A program made the position numbers and the translations under genes. A stretch of 26,059 bases of DNA from a virus (lineage: Duplodnaviria; Caudoviricetes), in the IMG/VR virus record IMGVR_UViG_3300042940_001159, positions 1 through 26,059 of that record. One strand, 5' to 3'. Numbering within the stretch: position 1 is the first letter of the stretch; each line of letters begins with the position of its first letter. The notes beneath the pieces were generated by a model, which was not told the DNA's origin, did not search any database, and was given only the letters and a program-made list of their open reading frames with translations. This document shows positions 6,875 to 16,416 of the stretch, piece after piece.

Positions 6875-9800
6875 TTACTTGAACATCTGCCGTTGCTTGT
6901 CAGAGTTCCTCTTATCCCTCAGATACCTAAGCCTCAGATCTTCTGCTTTCTCCGGACCTTGCGTGCGCCGCACAAAGTCCAACTGTTCGCGGAACGCTTT
7001 CGGATCATTGTCCTTAGATGGTAGATAGCTAGGACGGCTGGCGGCCGCTGCTCGCATCTTACGTTCGCGACTATCTTTATCAGGATCCTGTTTGATCTTA
7101 GCTTTCAATTCTCGCGCCAGTTGCAGACGCTTAACAGGATCACGTTCCCCTTCCATCCAACGCTCTTCTGCGTTGTCATAGTTGATAGGCAACTCAACCG
7201 CGGCACGGATAGGTTCATCACGCATACGCTTACCGACACGGAAGTCGCGACGATCGTTGGCTGCGTCCAATTCTGCCTTCGCAAAATCAGACACTCCAGT
7301 TCGTGCAGCCATACCTTCCAAGAACCGATAAGCCGACACATGCTCATTACCGATATCGCGGCTGACTTGTGCCATTACAGTCAATGGATCTTGCCCGTCC
7401 ATCATAGCATTTCCGGCAGCGATCAGACGAGGAATAATGTCACTGGTTATTTGCAGTGCAGGCATTGTAGGAGCAGCGGGCCTGTCCTTGCTTGCGGCGT
7501 CAAGTGCCATAACGCCAAGCTCTCCAACGATACCAATAGTACCGCTCAACTGAGCAAGATTGCCTGCATACCTTACCATCTCCTTATACTTCGCAGAACC
7601 TTCAGGCGCTTCGGCAATTTCCTTCAACGTAGCGATCTTAGACTTCCGTCCACTCAAGGCTTCACGAATCTCCTTGATCCCTACGCCGCCAGCAAGCCCT
7701 GCCACAAGCATAGAAATCAAAGGCACAGGATCTCCATTGCGCGCAGGCTTAATAGCGAACTCACGGAAGTTATTCCACTGTTCGATATTCCAACGTGCGA
7801 GAGAGAAGAACGGTGCAGCAGGAGAGTCGCTCAACCACTGAGGAAGGTTCGTGGCATCGTAGCGTCCTTGGAACAGTTGACCAATACGAGTGCCGAGTTC
7901 TGCCTCGGACAGAGTGCGCCAGTTAGGAGCAACGCGGTCGAGGAAGTCCGCGGACCTCTTATTCCCAGACTGTGCCAGAACCTTATTGGTCCGTGCAATG
8001 TACTCACCAATATTCTGTGACAAGCCTCGGCCAAAGTTTTCCAACTTCTCCGAGCCTGTGTACTTAGACAGTCCTTTGCTGAACTTGTCTACGCCATTGC
8101 TGAATGCCTCGCCAGCGCCAAGCACTTCACCAATCACTGTATTGCCGTCTTCACGGATCCAGCCTGTGTCGTGCGCGCGCTCGTAAGACTTACCGATATT
8201 GCGCATATTGCTAATCAGTCCAGGAATCTGCGTAGGAGTAACCATTCCTAGACCTTTGAACAATGACGTTGCAATGTCTACGGAACGGGTGATAGGATTA
8301 GCCAGCCACGCAGCCGAAGCCGCACGGCCAATCGCACCTGTGATCTTGTCTTGCGAACCCCGGCGAATGCCGACAGCTTCGTTAAGCAAGTGCAAGATGT
8401 TATTGTCCTTTACGACAGGCGACGCAACACGATTCTTAACAGGAGTTTTCTTGCCGTTCACGAAGAACTCTTCCTGTCCAAGTCCAGCCATCACATCTTC
8501 GTTCGTCTGGACAATGTCATGGAACGTACGCGAACGAGACCAGTCACGCACATACTGTGACATAGCCTCGGCAGGATCACTATGTAACCAGTTGTCCGGA
8601 AGGCGAGAACCTTCGGGAAGCACTACTGCACCGAAGTCAAAAGCGCCTTCGACTGGTTGTTTGTTCAATGTACCAATGAAGCGATTGAAGAACTTATTAG
8701 CTTCTTCGACAGCTTTCGCAGACGATAAGCCTTTATTGTTTACCAAGTGCGCTTGGTTGAAATCCACAAACTCCTTCTTCAACTGCCGAAATCTTGGCGA
8801 GTCAATCTCGTCAACAATCGTCTTGCGCACCGAAGGATCAACCACGTTCGGGAAGTACGAATCATCAATGCCAGGCACAGCGCCGTCCGCATTACGTTGT
8901 CCTGCAGCGATCTGGTCGTCGCGCATCTGACGAAGCGTTTTGCGCACATCGTTGTACTCTTTCCGTAGGCGCGCCGGAACGGTACCTGGAGCAGTCTTAC
9001 CTGCACGGTACTCGTCAATGAGGATCTTGTAGAGAAGGTCCTTGTCCTTGGTGTCAAGATTCTGGAATGACTCCACTAGCGCACGGTACTTACCACGCAT
9101 TGCACGTTGCGCAGGGAACAGTTCAGTAAGCGCACGGCCAACTGTGCGCATTACAGGATTGGAAGAACGAGCAGCTTTCTGGGAAGCAGACTCGAACGGT
9201 GAGGCAGACAGGCGACCTTCTGCGTCTGGGAGACCTGAGGTAGGACGGTTAGGTCCGAATTGTTGGTAGCGTCGGCCAGCATAGCTAAACGGTTCGCCAG
9301 CCTCGCGTCGTGCTTGAGGCGCGGTGACATCGTAGACGTAACCGGTGGAGGTTGTCTTTGGTGTGCCGTCTGGGTTTTTGAAGATTAGGTCTTGGCGAGG
9401 CTTACCAACGTTAACCAACTCCGGATTAGGCTTAGCTTCCCATACATGACCACGAGTGCTACGCGCAGTCAAGTTTCTGGCGGCTTCACGTGCTTCAGCT
9501 TCTGATGCGAAATGACGTGTCTCCACTTCACTTTCAGCGACCCAAGGCATACGCTCAACAATGTCTCTTGGGCCCTTGTCAATCGCATTCTTATGCTCCC
9601 CAAGCTCAACCTTCATTCCATCGCCAGCGAGGTCGCGCATCTGCTGCTGGAGGACGTTGTCGTAGGCGAGGCGCATTCCGCGTTCTTGGGAGATAGTTTG
9701 CGTAATGTCGAAACCTTCTTCACGCCATTTTCTGATCGTCGGATTATCCTGCCCAAGCTTAATGCGTTCACCGCGCTTAAGCTTTTCAATGTCACGTGTG

Positions 9801-12800
9801 GACTCATTGCTCGCAATCATGCGATCAATATTATTCTTGGTAGGCTCAAGATATGAATCTGAATACCTATCATGCCCCTCCGTCAACATCGCAGTCTCAG
9901 CGTCATCAATCACCACACGCTTGATTCCACGCTTGCGCGCATGTTCGATAGCGGCCTTGAGTGCAAGGCGCTGATGCTGGGCGAGGAGAGGGTCACCTGG
10001 AGTTTGACCACTGTGTATTGGCTTTTGTGTCAGATATGTTGCGCGACGCTCTGCATAATCAGCCAAGACTTCACTTTCGATTTTCGGTACAGTTACGCCG
10101 GTATCATTCTGATCAACCAGTACATACGTGTCAGAGCCATAAGGATAATTCTTCAACCTCCAACCTTCTGGGAGCTTGTCAAGAGATTCAATCTTAGGCA
10201 TCTCAGCCTCGTATCGCCTCCTCGCCTGCGCCCAATCACTCTGCACCTCAAACACACGCAACACGCGCTCACCGTCGGGCATCGTGTGCTCGTAGGCGCG
10301 AACGTGTGCGAGGAGGTTGTCGCCGGATTGACCATAATGTGTATTCTTCGCTGGATACTTTGGGATTGTGCCTTTATGCACATCCTTCAAGAACTTTGAG
10401 AACTCGGCCTCTTCCATCTTTTGCCCTGTTGCCTTGCCGTCAAGGATCACATCCTTAGTTGTAGGTGACCACTCATAGCGTTCCAGTTCACGCTCGTTGT
10501 ACTTAGTCGGCATCCTCACCAACAAGTCCACCGCACCCGGCATGTCCTTGAGTTCGCGAGGGTTGACTTGGGTGTAGGCGCGTGTGGCTGAGTCGTTGTT
10601 TCGTAATCTATTATCGAACTCAAAACCGGACAACTCAAATTCAATGTCAGCCCGTTCATTAATCAGTAAATCAAAATCTGACGCAGCCTGTGCAGACATA
10701 CCACGCTTTGCAATCTCTAGCGCGTCAAACTGACTATGCTCCCACCTAGCTTCGTTATAGGTAGAAAGCGGGATAGCATATTGTGTATCAAGTTTATGCC
10801 TAATATCCGCCATGCGTTCTTCAAGTTTAGCTTGCCTCGCATTCGTTTGCGCATCCCTAGTGGCATACAACTCCTTAACCTCCACCCTCGGAATATTCTC
10901 TTCCGCCCAAGCCATCAGCTCTTCCTTAGTAGGACGTGCAACCTTCGTCAAATACTGCTCAAGCCCAGCTTCCTTGAGCATCTCCTGCTCGGTAGGATTA
11001 AGCTTAGACACAGCAGCCTTAATGTCGTTACGGTTCAGTCGACCGTCCTTGGAAGCTTGAATCTTGAACGGAGCATCCTTGGAGAGTTCCTTCTCGAAGT
11101 CAGTAGAGAAGGTCTTGTCTTCTGGACTTTTCTCCTGATACCTCGGCCTCTCCTCACCGGCCAACTCAGCCTCAATCCTGCGAGCCTCAAGGTCAGCAGC
11201 AGATTCGCGTTGATTCTCAGACACAACGCGACCCCGACGAACATTGGCAGGAATTGATACACCAGAATAGGTACGCGAGACTGGACGGTCAACGTCAGTA
11301 AGTTCCGCCGGATCAATATTGCGAACCTCGCGCTTAAGTTTAGAAAACTCCTTAGCCGCGACACGCTCAGCACCACGACGTGCTGAACCAACAGGTCTAT
11401 TAGGCTGAGGTTGATTGACAAGCTCAGCAGATCTAGGTTGCGCTAGATCAATGGGCTGTTCAGCTTCTTGCACGGGAGACTCCATCGCTGGAGGCTCCTC
11501 ACGCATAACAGGCTCAACAGGCGCAGGCTCTGCCACAGGCACAGGCCTACGCACTGGCACCTCGACAGGTTCACCACGCACACCTTCAACCTTCTGTGCG
11601 TTCTGCCTATTCATCTCATCAACACGCATCCTATCGCGTGTCTCCTGCATGGACCTATTGAACTCCTCATTGACAGGAGTCGCTTCCTGTTCAACAGGCT
11701 GATAAGTCTTAGCCATCTCCTCAGCATTAACTTCTTGCTTGGGAGGCTCAGGCATAACAGGAGGCTTCTCCTCAACTTCCTGCGTAGGTTTCGCCACAAT
11801 CTTCGACACACCCTTAGGTCCGCCGCCCCGAAGCATAGTGTTCGACATAATCCGGCGAGCATCCTCAGGAGATGCTTTGCCGAACTTGTACTTCATAAAC
11901 GACACAAAGTCGCTGCGCCAAGAGTCGTCAGTCTTGTCCATGAACCTGCGCACGACATCTTCCCCAACACCTTGCACAAAGGCTTCTTCCTCTACTCCAG
12001 CAGCCTTGAGCAACCTGCGCATCTCAGCTTGCTCACCCTTCTTACCATGCTGGAGCACATCCAAAATCATTCCGTGCGTAAGTTCGTGCGGCGCAGTATC
12101 GGTATACGCGTTCTTGTCAATGGTAATGTCTCGTTTGCCATCAGGTCCGCGAGTGCCTTGCGTAACGCCTGCGACCGACTGTCCTTGGTCGCCAGTCGGA
12201 CGACCAGCAGTCATGCGCGTACGGTAGTTCTCTTTGGCATTATTGGCCCACCAATCGAAGAAAGGCTTCGTCATGCGCGTACCAAGCTCCTGATCAAGTG
12301 CGCCCGGAGTTCCGGGTTCGAGGATAACAGGAGGCTTAGGCTGCGGCTTAGGAGCCTGAGGATCAAGCGTAATTTCCACATCAGGCTCAACAGCCTGTGA
12401 ACGGAGGAAGCGAGCTTCGAACGAGTTAGGATCAGGAGGCAACACATAGTCCTGCGCAGGCAACGGCTGTTCAATGCCAATGCCTTGCTCAGCGTCGATC
12501 TGTGCCTTCTTCGCAGCAGCTTCCTGATTAGCTTTAAGCGCAGCAAGCTGTTGAGCCAGCTTAGCGTCCGCCTGCTGTTGCTTAACGTAAGCCTTCAACA
12601 GTTCAGGATTAACTTCACGAGGCTTCTCTACCGTTGGTTCGGTAGGCTTAGCGAGAAGGTCAGCAGGATTTACTGCATCGCGCAGACCGACGTCGGCAAC
12701 GTGAGGCTTGAAAACCCCACGAGTCATGGTCTTCGTGATACCAGAAGGATTAGAGAACAGCGTACCAATGGCTGCATTCTTGAGGATCTCGCTAAGATCT

Positions 12801-13366
12801 CCTCCTTGCGCCATCGTAGAACCTGCTTCGATAAGACCGCCAGTAGCAACGTCCGTAAGCGCACCAGTCTGCGCCGGACGAAGCCTAGCGAAGCCCGGCA
12901 TAGTAGCCAATGCGCGAACGCCACGACCTGCGTCACGCAGCTGACTGATGCTGGGCCGCATGAACACAGCCTGTGACGCTAGGTCACCAAGCTGTACTGC
13001 GCCGGGATTACGGACAGAACGAGCCTGCTGTGCGAGCAGTACTGCATCAGGATATAGCGCGTTTTGAATCTTCTCACCAATCGTGGATCCAAGCGCTGCA
13101 CCGCCAAAGCCGCCAGCCAGACCAGCAGCGACAGCACCCGGTCCAGTAGGCAAGCCAAGCGCACCGGCACCGGCAGCACCAAGTGCAGCACCGCCGACAC
13201 CTGCCGCAGTTCGTGGCAAGTTAAGGAGTGCTGTTTTGGCACCTGCCATCGCGGACGAATCTTTAGGCAAGTCAATGACATTGCCTTCGTCGTCCAGCCA
13301 GTACTTGTCTGGATCGGCACCAACCTCACGAAGGATTTCTAGTTTCTGTTGTGCAGTAATAGGCAT
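6875..13366 (-). CDS. Very large internal virion/ejection protein with polyvalent domains (about 2163 aa)
   Basis: Start moved to ATG 13366 (MPITAQQK), 1 nt after the upstream stop. Gly/Ala hydrophobic N-terminal segment, HELTH...EEE metallopeptidase-like motif (12074-12088), Pro/Glu linker, HVR...EVQSDW domain, helical C-terminal region. Last gene of the virion block. Confidence 0.75.
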   Translation of the reverse strand: MPITAQQKLEILREVGADPDKYWLDDEGNVIDLPKDSSAMAGAKTALLNLPRTAAGVGGAALGAAGAGALGLPTGPGAVAAGLAGGFGGAALGSTIGEKIQNALYPDAVLLAQQARSVRNPGAVQLGDLASQAVFMRPSISQLRDAGRGVRALATMPGFARLRPAQTGALTDVATGGLIEAGSTMAQGGDLSEILKNAAIGTLFSNPSGITKTMTRGVFKPHVADVGLRDAVNPADLLAKPTEPTVEKPREVNPELLKAYVKQQQADAKLAQQLAALKANQEAAAKKAQIDAEQGIGIEQPLPAQDYVLPPDPNSFEARFLRSQAVEPDVEITLDPQAPKPQPKPPVILEPGTPGALDQELGTRMTKPFFDWWANNAKENYRTRMTAGRPTGDQGQSVAGVTQGTRGPDGKRDITIDKNAYTDTAPHELTHGMILDVLQHGKKGEQAEMRRLLKAAGVEEEAFVQGVGEDVVRRFMDKTDDSWRSDFVSFMKYKFGKASPEDARRIMSNTMLRGGGPKGVSKIVAKPTQEVEEKPPVMPEPPKQEVNAEEMAKTYQPVEQEATPVNEEFNRSMQETRDRMRVDEMNRQNAQKVEGVRGEPVEVPVRRPVPVAEPAPVEPVMREEPPAMESPVQEAEQPIDLAQPRSAELVNQPQPNRPVGSARRGAERVAAKEFSKLKREVRNIDPAELTDVDRPVSRTYSGVSIPANVRRGRVVSENQRESAADLEARRIEAELAGEERPRYQEKSPEDKTFSTDFEKELSKDAPFKIQASKDGRLNRNDIKAAVSKLNPTEQEMLKEAGLEQYLTKVARPTKEELMAWAEENIPRVEVKELYATRDAQTNARQAKLEERMADIRHKLDTQYAIPLSTYNEARWEHSQFDALEIAKRGMSAQAASDFDLLINERADIEFELSGFEFDNRLRNNDSATRAYTQVNPRELKDMPGAVDLLVRMPTKYNERELERYEWSPTTKDVILDGKATGQKMEEAEFSKFLKDVHKGTIPKYPAKNTHYGQSGDNLLAHVRAYEHTMPDGERVLRVFEVQSDWAQARRRYEAEMPKIESLDKLPEGWRLKNYPYGSDTYVLVDQNDTGVTVPKIESEVLADYAERRATYLTQKPIHSGQTPGDPLLAQHQRLALKAAIEHARKRGIKRVVIDDAETAMLTEGHDRYSDSYLEPTKNNIDRMIASNESTRDIEKLKRGERIKLGQDNPTIRKWREEGFDITQTISQERGMRLAYDNVLQQQMRDLAGDGMKVELGEHKNAIDKGPRDIVERMPWVAESEVETRHFASEAEAREAARNLTARSTRGHVWEAKPNPELVNVGKPRQDLIFKNPDGTPKTTSTGYVYDVTAPQARREAGEPFSYAGRRYQQFGPNRPTSGLPDAEGRLSASPFESASQKAARSSNPVMRTVGRALTELFPAQRAMRGKYRALVESFQNLDTKDKDLLYKILIDEYRAGKTAPGTVPARLRKEYNDVRKTLRQMRDDQIAAGQRNADGAVPGIDDSYFPNVVDPSVRKTIVDEIDSPRFRQLKKEFVDFNQAHLVNNKGLSSAKAVEEANKFFNRFIGTLNKQPVEGAFDFGAVVLPEGSRLPDNWLHSDPAEAMSQYVRDWSRSRTFHDIVQTNEDVMAGLGQEEFFVNGKKTPVKNRVASPVVKDNNILHLLNEAVGIRRGSQDKITGAIGRAASAAWLANPITRSVDIATSLFKGLGMVTPTQIPGLISNMRNIGKSYERAHDTGWIREDGNTVIGEVLGAGEAFSNGVDKFSKGLSKYTGSEKLENFGRGLSQNIGEYIARTNKVLAQSGNKRSADFLDRVAPNWRTLSEAELGTRIGQLFQGRYDATNLPQWLSDSPAAPFFSLARWNIEQWNNFREFAIKPARNGDPVPLISMLVAGLAGGVGIKEIREALSGRKSKIATLKEIAEAPEGSAKYKEMVRYAGNLAQLSGTIGIVGELGVMALDAASKDRPAAPTMPALQITSDIIPRLIAAGNAMMDGQDPLTVMAQVSRDIGNEHVSAYRFLEGMAARTGVSDFAKAELDAANDRRDFRVGKRMRDEPIRAAVELPINYDNAEERWMEGERDPVKRLQLARELKAKIKQDPDKDSRERKMRAAAASRPSYLPSKDNDPKAFREQLDFVRRTQGPEKAEDLRLRYLRDKRNSDKQRQMFK

Positions 13367-13367
13367 G

Positions 13368-14540
13368 TTATTCAGTGGTAGGGATTGGGTTAACGAGACC
13401 ACGCTTCATAAGTTCACGTGCTTTCTTTTCGGACGCAATACGCCGAAAGTAATTGAACAGACGGTCCTTCTCTTCACCAAGAGCGCTAAGGCCTGAAAGT
13501 CCTGGGACATAAGGCGCAGCTTTACCAACAGCTCCGCTAATAGCACCACCGACATCTGAGGCTACAGTTCCGATACCGCCAAGCACTGTGCCGGGCTGTT
13601 GAAGGTTTTCGATTTCATTCTGTGCAAGCTTAGCGGCATTAAGCTCCTTCGCGCGCTGTCTGGCCGCTGGATCAAGGCCACCTTGCGCAGGCATTACACC
13701 AGTAAATACTTTCATCTCACCTGTGATAGGATCAGGATATAATGTCTGACCTTCGATTCTACCCCATCCAGGTGGCATTACATCCTTAGTTTGGCCATAA
13801 TGTAGTTGTGCAACGTCAGCGTTAATGTCCTGTCCGCGCATAGTCACGTCACGCTCAAGCGCACCCTGCCGCGCACGGAACGATTGATCTTGTGATTTGC
13901 CAATCAAATCGTTGACTGCACGCATTCCTTCAAGCCCGAGGTTATTCTGATCCTGCAAGCGCAGACGTTGCAGCGCAGTCTGGTCAGCATTAGCTTGCCT
14001 TGTATTATCAGCCTCAATCTGTGCCTTCAAACGTTCCATCTCGTACTGATGCTGCTTGTCCAACATGCCCATTCGTCCTTGCGTCTGTTGATCCATAAGC
14101 CACTTCTTGGCAAGCATTTGTCCGCGTTGACCTGCGGCCATCTCATTGCGCTCGTTAGCGTCATCACCAAGAAGCCTACGGAAGAATCCACCAACGCCAG
14201 TAGTAGCCTTGTAAGGATCTACCTGTGCGAGTGGATTCTGTGCGAGTTGGTTAATCGCGTCTTGGTTCGGTCTCGCAGACAGGAACGAGCCAAGGTCAAT
14301 ATTGCCGCGCGCACTATTGCCTATGCTCATACGATTGCGGCCGGGCACAACGCCTGACTGCATGTTGGGCATAGACGACTGACCAAGATTGCCTCCGTCA
14401 GGCAATGGTCCTTGATCGGCAGTAATAGGCGCACCAGCAGCGGCTCCGGCAGCAGAGCCTCCACCAATGCCAATACTAGCACGCTTAGGCGCACGAATAG
14501 CTCGCAGTCTATCTAGATAAATTTGCTGTGTCGTTGTCAT
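13368..14540 (-). CDS. Probable internal virion/ejection protein (390 aa)
   Basis: Start at ATG 14540 (MTTTQQ). Gln/Gly/Ala-rich with coiled-coil, VTMRGQDI motif; sits just before the giant protein. Confidence 0.62.
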   Translation of the reverse strand: MTTTQQIYLDRLRAIRAPKRASIGIGGGSAAGAAAGAPITADQGPLPDGGNLGQSSMPNMQSGVVPGRNRMSIGNSARGNIDLGSFLSARPNQDAINQLAQNPLAQVDPYKATTGVGGFFRRLLGDDANERNEMAAGQRGQMLAKKWLMDQQTQGRMGMLDKQHQYEMERLKAQIEADNTRQANADQTALQRLRLQDQNNLGLEGMRAVNDLIGKSQDQSFRARQGALERDVTMRGQDINADVAQLHYGQTKDVMPPGWGRIEGQTLYPDPITGEMKVFTGVMPAQGGLDPAARQRAKELNAAKLAQNEIENLQQPGTVLGGIGTVASDVGGAISGAVGKAAPYVPGLSGLSALGEEKDRLFNYFRRIASEKKARELMKRGLVNPIPTTE

Positions 14541-14874
14541 AAATAAAATCCTCCGACGCACTTACTGCTGTATCTTTGTGTGATTGATATGAAACAAAAA
14601 GAAGTGCCTGAGGCGCGTACAACCAGTGTACAACACCCGCAGGCACTTCGTGAACCTTAAAGAGCGTCCAACTGCCAGACTGTGTTCCTCGACCTATCTC
14701 GGCTCCTGAACCAAACAGTAGCACAAACCAGCTAAAAAAGCCATGAGTATGCCGTGGGATGTATGTGTTCGCCGGAAGGTACCAGAACTCAACAGATCGC
14801 CTTCCGAAGCTTAGGTGTAAGCCTCGGCAGGTTCTCCATTGCGTGAGCCTAGCAGTTGGAAAAAGCCTAACCAT
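14509..14874 (-). CDS. Cupin-fold protein (about 121 aa)
   Basis: FWYLPANTYIPRHTH (motif 1 HxH, 14743-14751) and EVPAGVVHW (motif 2). Fills the 14541-14810 gap; ATG 14874 is the likely start but this is uncertain. Confidence 0.68.
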   Translation of the reverse strand: MVRLFPTARLTQWRTCRGLHLSFGRRSVEFWYLPANTYIPRHTHGFFSWFVLLFGSGAEIGRGTQSGSWTLFKVHEVPAGVVHWLYAPQALLFVSYQSHKDTAVSASEDFIYDNDTANLSR

Positions 14875-15980
14875 GCAACTTTCAACGGCTCGAAGACCCA
14901 ACCGTACTTGTTGATTCCGGCTAGCCAAGCCGCATGCTTGGTAAGAGGATCAACGAAGGCGAGATCAACGATAAGCCTGATTACTTTGCTCTTCTGCATA
15001 AGGGGTACCATATACTTAGAGAAAAGACGATAGCCTTCTCGGCGCGCTGGCGTATAATGTGCGTCACGAGAAGCACGCACGTACCAAGGCACACCGTGCG
15101 GAAACTTGTCAGTGAACTCACGGAAGGTCCAGCAGCAAGACACGCTAGGAATAGATCCCATGACTTGACTAACCTTATCGAACGTATCCTTCTTCGTCGC
15201 TTGGTTCTGCTGGTTATTACCTGCGAACGTACCAGTCTGTTGCATCAACTGTGAGCCAAGCTGCATAGTATTGTTGCCTACCTGTTGCACACCGCCGAAC
15301 TGTCCGAGGCCAACGTTAGGCGTAGAAGGTCTACCAGTCGTAAGCTGTAGTGCGTCAACACCAGTACGGAACGCTGGCATTGCTCCGGCAGCAGCCTGAA
15401 CTGCTTGTCCAATAGCAGCCTGCTTTTGTGACTTACGAGCTTGTCCTGCACTGCCCATCTGCATTGCAGCTTCCACGGTAGAATTCTGTGTAGCGTCAAG
15501 ATTGCCACGAGAAGCATTGTCTCGCGCGAGCGTGCGTGTCACCTCCTCTCGCTCGGCACCGGAAAGCCCAGTCGTAGGATCGTCGAGTGAACCAAACAGA
15601 CTAGTCAACGCATCGCCAGCTTGTCCGCGCGACTTGTAGAACTCAGGATCAAGGATCTGTTGAATGGCTAGCGTGTTCGCAGCAAGCTCTTTTCCGGGAC
15701 CCGCCATCAAAGCATTGTCAGAAGCTGCTTGTCCCATTGCCTGCTGGCTTGCTTGGTCTACGCCCAGTTGTGTGAACTGTGGCAGGTATTTGCTTGCAAG
15801 ATCATAGCTCAACTGTGCCTGTTGAGGCGCGAGTTGCTGTTGTGCCTTCAACTGAGCAAGCTCCATAGGCAGAATGTTCTCACCCGTTACGCGGGTAAGC
15901 TCAGGCATGTATTGTGTCCATGCCTTCATCATATCTGCTGTAGTTTCCTGACTGTTTTGATAGGTTGGTCCGCCGCCCAT
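14811..15980 (-). CDS. Probable ejection/DNA pilot protein with a C-terminal Cys-initiated domain
   Basis: MGGG start and Gln/Ala/Gly-rich helical body. Abrupt switch at CCWTF (about 15137) to an aromatic/basic domain VRASRD...GY...VPLM.KS...V.PL. Confidence 0.62.
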   Translation of the reverse strand: MGGGPTYQNSQETTADMMKAWTQYMPELTRVTGENILPMELAQLKAQQQLAPQQAQLSYDLASKYLPQFTQLGVDQASQQAMGQAASDNALMAGPGKELAANTLAIQQILDPEFYKSRGQAGDALTSLFGSLDDPTTGLSGAEREEVTRTLARDNASRGNLDATQNSTVEAAMQMGSAGQARKSQKQAAIGQAVQAAAGAMPAFRTGVDALQLTTGRPSTPNVGLGQFGGVQQVGNNTMQLGSQLMQQTGTFAGNNQQNQATKKDTFDKVSQVMGSIPSVSCCWTFREFTDKFPHGVPWYVRASRDAHYTPARREGYRLFSKYMVPLMQKSKVIRLIVDLAFVDPLTKHAAWLAGINKYGWVFEPLKVAWLGFFQLLGSRNGEPAEAYT

Positions 15981-15981
15981 A

Positions 15982-16416
15982 TTAGTTCAAGTGTAGAATG
16001 TTTGTGTTTTTACGTCGCACTGCACGTCCTTTACGGAAGTACATTAAATCGTAGTAAGGATATTGGTTTTGCCATTCATGTATCATGTACTTTAGGAAAT
16101 CCTTGTCTCCTAAGATACCTACAAGAAAAACTACTTGGTGATCTGGTCGGATCGTCCAAGTAGCTAAACCGTTTATTTCGTTTGTTTCGTCGTCAATTCG
16201 AATAAGTACCTGTGCTGTATAGATACTAAATCTAAGGTGTTCGCGAAGCTGGCTGTCAGTCATGTGCGTGTATGCTAATTTATCATTTGCACGCACATAA
16301 CTGTACAACTGCTCCAGTTTAACCTCAGGTGATGAACTTATCCAAGACGGAACCTGAGGATCCGACGAACTCCCAGATGCATCGAAGTGGTCCGGCGTTA
16401 ACCCTGAGATAGCCAT
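15982..16416 (-). CDS. Hypothetical protein, possibly GNAT-fold acyltransferase-like (true start may lie downstream of 16416)
   Basis: Lies between nozzle and ejection genes, where podoviruses often encode a GNAT-like assembly protein (T7 gp13/P22 gp14 position). Contains EINGLATW...VFLVGILG; TAA-T-ATG junction to the next gene. Confidence 0.5.
   Translation of the reverse strand: MAISGLTPDHFDASGSSSDPQVPSWISSSPEVKLEQLYSYVRANDKLAYTHMTDSQLREHLRFSIYTAQVLIRIDDETNEINGLATWTIRPDHQVVFLVGILGDKDFLKYMIHEWQNQYPYYDLMYFRKGRAVRRKNTNILHLN

Noticed and set aside
13367-13402. Track start sites at 13402 (also 14561, 19785, 24669, 25966, 268)
   Set aside because: Downstream ATGs fit the stop-start coupling pattern better (13366, 14540, 19737, 24663); the first and last genes run off the window edges.
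7121-13496. Long + strand ORFs (e.g. 7121-8020, 8199-8930, 11468-12400, 12485-12976) opposite the giant gene
   Set aside because: Antisense shadows of a long biased coding frame. They show no recognisable motifs and lie beyond the terminator for + transcription.
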